Positions 58,401 to 64,000 of a DNA stretch of 64,000 nucleotides are shown here, piece by piece (the first letter of the stretch is position 1; every line of letters begins with the position of its first letter). The stretch covers positions 684 to 64,683 of the forward strand of contig JBBQXJ010000016.1 of NCBI GenBank assembly GCA_038209745.1. Reading direction: 5' to 3'. The notes beneath the pieces were generated by a model. That model was not told where the DNA came from and did no database searches. It worked only from the letters and a program-made list of their open reading frames with translations. This DNA is from Verrucomicrobiota bacterium. GTDB taxonomy: Bacteria > Verrucomicrobiota > Verrucomicrobiia > Limisphaerales > CANJSG01. The position numbers and the translations under genes were made by a program.

Positions 58401-59775
58401 TCTGCTCCGGCGCCGCGTCGCCTTCCGGATGGCCGCATGGTTCGCCGTGCTGTTCTCCTTCGGCTGCCTGTCGATCTACGGGTTGACCTACTGGAGTTTC
58501 GTGTCCGCGGTGGAATCGAAAGACCGGGAGATCCTGGCGAACCGCCTCCGCGAATACGCCGGCATCTACCAGAGCGGGGGTCCCTTGGCGCTCCAACGCT
58601 GGCTCAACAGCACGGAGGAACCGCGCAACGGCCAGGTCTTCTTCGTCCGCTTGATCAATCCCGCGCGGACCGTCGTCTTCGAACGCGTGCCCAAGGACTG
58701 GGTCGGCTTCCTCGACACCGGAGTCGACTGGGCCGGCAACCGCCAGCGCGAGCGCGTCATCCGGATCCCGCGCGACGCGGAGCGCGACTTCTCGCTGCTG
58801 TCGGCGGAATTGGCGGACGGCGCGGTCCTGCAGCTGGGCCGCAGCGCCAACAGCCGCGAGACCCTGCTCACTCCCTTTCGCCGCACCCTGTTCGGAGTCG
58901 TGGGCGGCGTGCTCTTCATCGGCGTGGCCAGCGGCGCCCTCTTCGCCCATCGCGCCCTCAAGCCCGTGCGGCAGATCGTGGACACGGCGCGTTCGATCAT
59001 CCGCACGGGCCGGCTCGACGAACGCGTGCCCACGAGCTCGGACGACGACGAGTTGACGGAGCTGGCCCGACTGGTCAACACGGTGCTCGACCGCAACCAG
59101 TCCCTCATCCGCGCCATGCGCGATTCCCTCGACAACGTCGCCCATGATCTCAGGACTCCCCTCACCCGGCTGCGCGGCACGGCCGAAGTCGCGCTGGGCA
59201 ACCCTTCCGACCCGGAACAGACGCGCGAAGCGCTGGCCGAATGCGTGGAGGAAACGGACCGCGTCCTGAGCATGCTGACGACGCTGATGGACGTCTCGGA
59301 AGCGGAGGCCGGAATGATGACCCTCCAGCGCGCCGAGGTGGATCTCGTCCGCTTGGCGCGCGAGGTGGCCGAGGTCTACGAACTCGTCGCGGAGGAGCGG
59401 AACGTGTCCGTCACCATCGCGGCGGACGAGCCGTTCCCGGCGAGCGTGGACGAGAACCGGATGCGTCAGGTCTTCGGCAACCTCATCGACAACGCGATCA
59501 AGTACAACCGGGACGGCGGTTCGGTGACGGTGGGATTCGACCGCGCCGGCGATCGGATCGTGACGCGGTTCCGTGACACCGGGTGCGGCATCCCGATGGA
59601 AGAACAGGCGCGGATCTGGGACCGTCTCTTCCGCGGCGACAAGAGTCGCTCCCAGCGTGGGCTTGGGCTTGGGCTCAGTCTGGTGAAAGCGGTGGTGGAA
59701 GCACACGGCGGGACCATCACGGTGACGAGCCTGGGTGGAGACGGGGCCGAGTTCGTTCTCTCTCTGCCGGCCTGA
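58381..59775 (+). CDS. sensor histidine kinase (heavy-metal-sensor-like: 2 TM, HAMP, HisKA, HATPase_c)
   Basis: H-box [12 protein letters not shown]-box [12 protein letters not shown]1 DTGCGI, G2 GLGLGLSLV. Its start overlaps the end of the regulator gene by 20 nt. Confidence 0.88.
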   Translation: MSSNPLDLLRRRVAFRMAAWFAVLFSFGCLSIYGLTYWSFVSAVESKDREILANRLREYAGIYQSGGPLALQRWLNSTEEPRNGQVFFVRLINPARTVVFERVPKDWVGFLDTGVDWAGNRQRERVIRIPRDAERDFSLLSAELADGAVLQLGRSANSRETLLTPFRRTLFGVVGGVLFIGVASGALFAHRALKPVRQIVDTARSIIRTGRLDERVPTSSDDDELTELARLVNTVLDRNQSLIRAMRDSLDNVAHDLRTPLTRLRGTAEVALGNPSDPEQTREALAECVEETDRVLSMLTTLMDVSEAEAGMMTLQRAEVDLVRLAREVAEVYELVAEERNVSVTIAADEPFPASVDENRMRQVFGNLIDNAIKYNRDGGSVTVGFDRAGDRIVTRFRDTGCGIPMEEQARIWDRLFRGDKSRSQRGLGLGLSLVKAVVEAHGGTITVTSLGGDGAEFVLSLPA

Positions 59776-60064
59776 AGCCGGCACGTCGTCTTTAAGTTAC
59801 AATTGGTTGAAATTCAACGGTCAACCCATCTTTCGACTTGTCCGATTCACGCGGGGTGGTGGAAGTTGACTCCGGCTTGGAGCCAGTGATGGCCTGGGCC
59901 GTTCCGTAACCAAACAGTTGGGAGGAGGAAACCACCGGGTCCGATGTCGATGTGATTCCGCTCAGGGCCTCCTCCCATATTTCTTCTCGTTTCCAAGTGC
60001 CCTCGATCTTGGCGACAGAGTGGCGCCTTGCCTCGATCGCCTTCGTCTCACTACGGTCCGCAGC

Positions 60065-63000
60065 ATGCACCTGTCCTTCCGCTGTCTCGGGGCCGTCCTT
60101 CTGCCCGGTGTCCTGCTCTCGCTGCACGGCGCCGAAATCTCCGGCCCCGGAGCCACCACGCACAAACTCCTTAAAGCCCCCCGCTCTCCCCTGCCCGACA
60201 TCGCGCCGGCCTCCTCGGAGGCGGAGAACCAGATCAAGCGCTTCAAGCTGCCCGCCGGCGTCCATGTCGATCTCTGGGCCGCCGAGCCGATGCTGGCCAA
60301 TCCCGTCGCCTTCGCCTTCGACGAACAGGGCCGCATGTTCGTCTCCGAGACCCACCGTTACCGCAGCAGCGTCCTCGATATCCGCCACTACATGTTCATG
60401 CTGGAGGACGACATGGCCAACCGGACCGTCGACGACCGCGTCCGGACCCTCCACAAATACTTCGGCAACCAGGCCAAGGACCTCGCCAAGGAGACCGAGA
60501 TCGTCCGGCTCCTGGAAGACCGCAACGGCGACGGCAAAGCCGACTTCAGCTCGGTCTATGCCGACGGCTTCAACACCGTCCTCGACGGCATCGCTTCCGG
60601 TGTCTACGCGAGGAAGGGCAAGGTCTGGTTCACCAACATCCCCGAGCTCTGGCTGCTCGAAGGCATCGACGCCAAGGGCCATTCCCTCACCCGCAAGTCC
60701 CTCAGCCACGGCTACGGCGTGCGCTTCAGTTTCACCGGGCACGACATGCACGGGCTGAACATCGGGCCCGACGGCCTGCTCTACTTCAGCTTCGGCGACC
60801 GCGGCGCACATGTGCGCACCCAGGAGGGCGGACTGTTGGACTACTCCGATGAAGGCGCCGTGTTCCGCTGCGATCTCGACGGCTCGAACATGGAGGTCGT
60901 CCACTACGGACTGCGCAACCCCCAGGAACTCGCCTTCGACGACCACGGCAATCTCTTCACCGCCGACAACGACTGCGACAACGGCGACCACGAACGCCTC
61001 GTCTACATCGTGGAAGGCGCGGACAGCGGTTGGCGCGTGGGCCATCAGCACGCGCCGCTCGGCAAGGCCGGCATGTGGATGCTGGAGAGCTGGTGGACTC
61101 CGCGTTTCGCCGACCAGACGACCTACATCCTGCCGCCATTGGCCAATTTGAACGACGGCCCCTCGGGCTTCACCTACTATCCCGGCACCGGCTGGGGCGA
61201 CGCGCAGAAAGGCCACTTCTTCCTGTGCTCGTTCAAGGGCAGCGCGGCCCGCAGCGGCATCGACACCTTCACCGTCGAACAGAAGGGCGCCTCGTTCGAG
61301 CTGAAGAACTACACGAACTTCATCGGCAACGTGGAGTCGCCCGACGTCGATTTCGGGCCCGATGGCGGACTGTATTTCGCCGACTGGGGCGAAGGCTGGG
61401 AACGCACGTCGAAGGGCCGCATCTACCGCGCCTCAGATCCGGCGCAGATCCACCAGCCGATCGTGAAGGAGACCCGCCGATTGATCGGCGAAGGCATGGA
61501 CCATCGTTCGATCGACGAACTGATGGCCCTCCTCGACCACCCCGACCGGCGCGTCCGGCAGGAGGCGCAGTTCTCGCTCGTCGACAAAGGTGGCCTCGCC
61601 ATCCGGCCCTTCCAGTCCGTCCTCCTGAACAGCAAGGCCACCCTCCCCCGACTGCACGCCCTCTGGGGTCTCGGCATGATCGCCCGCCACGACAAGGCCA
61701 CCGCCGAATCGCTCCTCGACTACACCCGCGACGCCGACCCCGAGATCCGCGCCCATGCCGCCCGGCTCCTCGGTGATCGCGGCGTGAAGTTCGCTTCGAG
61801 TCGTCTCGTCGCGCTGCTCCAGGATCCGAGCCTCCGCGTCCGTTTCTTCGCCGTGCAGAGCCTGGGCAAGATCGGCAACGAAACCCATCTCAAGCCCATC
61901 ATCGCCCTCGTCCGCGAGAACGCCGACAAGGACGCCTACCTCCGCCACGTGTGCGTCGTCGCCTTGACCAAGCTGGCCAACGGCTTCGAGCTCGGACTCG
62001 CGGCCAAGGACTCCTCGCCCGCCGTCCGCATGGCCACGCTGCTCGCCATGCGCCGGCAAGGCTCGCCCAGGGCCGCCATGTTCCTCCAGGATCCGAACAA
62101 GCTGATCCGCTCGGAAGCCATCCGCGCCATCAACGACGCGCCCCTCGCAGACGCGATGCCGGATCTCGCCAAGCTGGCCGAGGGCGACCTGTCCGATCTG
62201 CCGATGATGTATCGGATCTTGAACGCCAATTTCCGCACCGGCGACGAGCCGAGCGCCCTGCGTCTCGGAGCGGTCGCCGCCCGCGAGGACGCACCCGTCG
62301 CCGCCCGCGTCGAGGCTCTGCAAGCGCTGGGGACCTGGGCGAAGCCGCCGCAACGCGACCGCGTCATGGGCCTCTACCGGCCGATGGATCCCCGCAGTCC
62401 GAAGTTCGCCGCCGAGGCGTTGCAGGACCACCTCACGGCTCTGCTGGCGGACCCGGTTGAAGACATCGTCGCAGGAACCGCCGCAGCGGTCGCGTCCCTC
62501 GGACTGACCAATTCCATGGAGACCTTGGCCGTGGCTCTGAAGAATCCCGCCGTGCCCGCCAAAGGCCGCGCCGCCTTGCTCGCCGCGCTGGGCACCATGA
62601 AAGCCCCGCAGCTCGCGTCGGCCGTAGTGACCGGGCTGGCCGATCCCAGCGACGTGCTCCGCCAGGAAGCCTCCAAGTGGCTGGCCAGCATCGATCCCAA
62701 AGACGCGCTCGCCACGGTCGAGAAGACGCTGGCCGCCGGGACGGTTCCCCAGCAGCAGGCGGTCGTCTCCAGCCTGGCCACGATCAAGAGTGCCGGCGCC
62801 GACACGCTCCTCGTCGCCATCTTGGACCGGCTCCAGGCCGGTCACGCGCCGCGCGAGATCGCGCTGGAAGTGATGGAAGCGGCCGCCGCCCGGGATTCAT
62901 CCGCCGTGAAGCGCGCTCTCGCAAAATATCGAACCTCGATTCCGCCCTTCGCCGAAGCTTTGGCCGGGGGCAACGCGGCCGCCGGCAAGAAGGTCTTCTT

Positions 63001-63385
63001 CGAGAAGGCCGAAGCCTCCTGCCTCCGTTGCCACAAGGTGAACGGCGAAGGCGGCGAAGCCGGACCCGATCTGTCCCACATCGCGTCGAAGGTCGACCGC
63101 GACTACTTCCTCGAATCCATCGTCAATCCCGCCGCCAAGATCGCCCCCGGCTACGAGAGCGTCTCCCTCGACCTGAAGAACGGCCAGGTCTACGGCGGCA
63201 TCCTCAAGAGCGAGACCGACACGGAACTGACCATCCTCTCGCCGGAAGACGGCCTCGTGACCCTGGCCAAGGACAAGATCGACAAACGCGAAGGCGGGAT
63301 CTCCGGCATGCAGGCCGGCATCGCCGACCTGATCAGCCGCCGCGAACTCCGCGACGTCATCGAGTATCTGACGACTTTGAAATAG
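60065..63385 (+). CDS. PVC-type membrane-bound-dehydrogenase-like / HEAT-repeat / haem-binding CxxCH protein
   Basis: Signal peptide. N-terminal beta-propeller-like dehydrogenase domain (AAEPMLANPVAFAFDEQGRMFVSET), multiple HEAT repeats (DRRVRQEAQFSL, DPEIRAHAARLLG, SLRVRFFAVQSLGKIG). C-terminal cytochrome c motif ASCLRCHKVNGEGGEAGPDL. Confidence 0.85.
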   Translation: MHLSFRCLGAVLLPGVLLSLHGAEISGPGATTHKLLKAPRSPLPDIAPASSEAENQIKRFKLPAGVHVDLWAAEPMLANPVAFAFDEQGRMFVSETHRYRSSVLDIRHYMFMLEDDMANRTVDDRVRTLHKYFGNQAKDLAKETEIVRLLEDRNGDGKADFSSVYADGFNTVLDGIASGVYARKGKVWFTNIPELWLLEGIDAKGHSLTRKSLSHGYGVRFSFTGHDMHGLNIGPDGLLYFSFGDRGAHVRTQEGGLLDYSDEGAVFRCDLDGSNMEVVHYGLRNPQELAFDDHGNLFTADNDCDNGDHERLVYIVEGADSGWRVGHQHAPLGKAGMWMLESWWTPRFADQTTYILPPLANLNDGPSGFTYYPGTGWGDAQKGHFFLCSFKGSAARSGIDTFTVEQKGASFELKNYTNFIGNVESPDVDFGPDGGLYFADWGEGWERTSKGRIYRASDPAQIHQPIVKETRRLIGEGMDHRSIDELMALLDHPDRRVRQEAQFSLVDKGGLAIRPFQSVLLNSKATLPRLHALWGLGMIARHDKATAESLLDYTRDADPEIRAHAARLLGDRGVKFASSRLVALLQDPSLRVRFFAVQSLGKIGNETHLKPIIALVRENADKDAYLRHVCVVALTKLANGFELGLAAKDSSPAVRMATLLAMRRQGSPRAAMFLQDPNKLIRSEAIRAINDAPLADAMPDLAKLAEGDLSDLPMMYRILNANFRTGDEPSALRLGAVAAREDAPVAARVEALQALGTWAKPPQRDRVMGLYRPMDPRSPKFAAEALQDHLTALLADPVEDIVAGTAAAVASLGLTNSMETLAVALKNPAVPAKGRAALLAALGTMKAPQLASAVVTGLADPSDVLRQEASKWLASIDPKDALATVEKTLAAGTVPQQQAVVSSLATIKSAGADTLLVAILDRLQAGHAPREIALEVMEAAAARDSSAVKRALAKYRTSIPPFAEALAGGNAAAGKKVFFEKAEASCLRCHKVNGEGGEAGPDLSHIASKVDRDYFLESIVNPAAKIAPGYESVSLDLKNGQVYGGILKSETDTELTILSPEDGLVTLAKDKIDKREGGISGMQAGIADLISRRELRDVIEYLTTLK

Positions 63386-63755
63386 GCTATGGCCACGGCC
63401 ACCAACAAGTCGCGGCGCGGTTGAACAACAATAATAGAACTCCACACCCGCCGACCCAGGCACGCGGGATGCCAACGAGAATGATGCGGACAACGGGTGG
63501 GCTTCCCAAGACGCCAGAGAGGGTTGCCCAGAGTGTCTTTGTTCGCTGCGCGAGGATGGCCTCGGCCAGGAACGCTCCCCGGTGGGGAAGAAAAGTTCGC
63601 CTACGTCAGGCGGAACCGCCCAACGCCTTGCCCGCCTCGTGGCGCTGTCCCGGTCAACGCAGGGGCGGCATGGAGATTCTTTCACGCTGGACGCCCGGTT
63701 CGCCCTCGGTCATGGCTTCGACCGTTCCCGTTCGGTCGCGGGCCTACCTGACTCG

Positions 63756-64000
63756 ATGAAGCGTTGGCTGCCATTTGTTTTTCTCCTGCTGCTCGTGGCG
63801 GCCGGTTCCGTCCGCGCGCACGCTCCGTTCGAAAGGAATGTCACCTCCCTGACCGCCAAGGAGTCGGGCGGCACGGCCCGCCTCAACGAGCAGCTCGGCT
63901 ACTTCTACGATGCCGGCCACAACCTGAGCCGCCGGACCAACAACGCCCTGGTCGAGACCTTCAACCTCGATGCCGTCAACCAGCTCTCCACCCTGACCCG
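63756..64000 (+). CDS. secreted RHS/YD-repeat-like protein, 5' partial (runs off the window)
   Basis: ATG at 63756, signal peptide MKRWLPFVFLLLLVAAGSVRA, then a YD-type repeat (LGYFYDAGHNLSRRTNN...FNLDAVNQL). Open to the window end. Confidence 0.4.
   Translation, partial: MKRWLPFVFLLLLVAAGSVRAHAPFERNVTSLTAKESGGTARLNEQLGYFYDAGHNLSRRTNNALVETFNLDAVNQLSTLT

Overview
Visibly GC-rich chromosomal segment, most likely from a PVC-superphylum bacterium (probably Verrucomicrobiota). Supporting markers: a PEP-CTERM-anchored LamG protein, a PVC-type dehydrogenase/HEAT/CxxCH haem protein, a prepilin-type pseudopilin, an STK-associated ECF sigma factor, and REP-like palindromes that translate to 'HRWTQ...' and 'LSPSDGERDGVR' peptides. 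I call about 55 protein genes, mostly housekeeping: shc, hrpA, folP-cdaA-cdaR-glmM, argB, metG, coaE, pepN-like, prc-like. There are also many signalling genes and two tRNAs (Val-CAC, Arg-CCG). I see no rRNA, CRISPR array, transposase or integrase. Most long ORFs antisense to these genes are high-GC shadow ORFs. Points worth a second look: (1) an unassigned redox-type cluster (GcvH-like, G3E GTPase, small Cys protein, extended ferredoxin) divergent from a NifS-like desulfurase; (2) palindromic REP-like elements embedded in frame inside shc and at least twice inside hrpA, without breaking the ORFs; (3) an ECF sigma / LamG-PEP-CTERM / small membrane protein / Ser-Thr kinase module in which the kinase carries an in-frame TGA at a position I recall as usually Cys; (4) a lower-GC islet encoding a GIY-YIG/DUF4357-type nuclease; (5) a frameshifted MazF/PemK-like toxin-antitoxin remnant; (6) a CheX + REC/pseudo-REC/STAS module. 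All functional calls rest on motifs read by eye. No database search was run.
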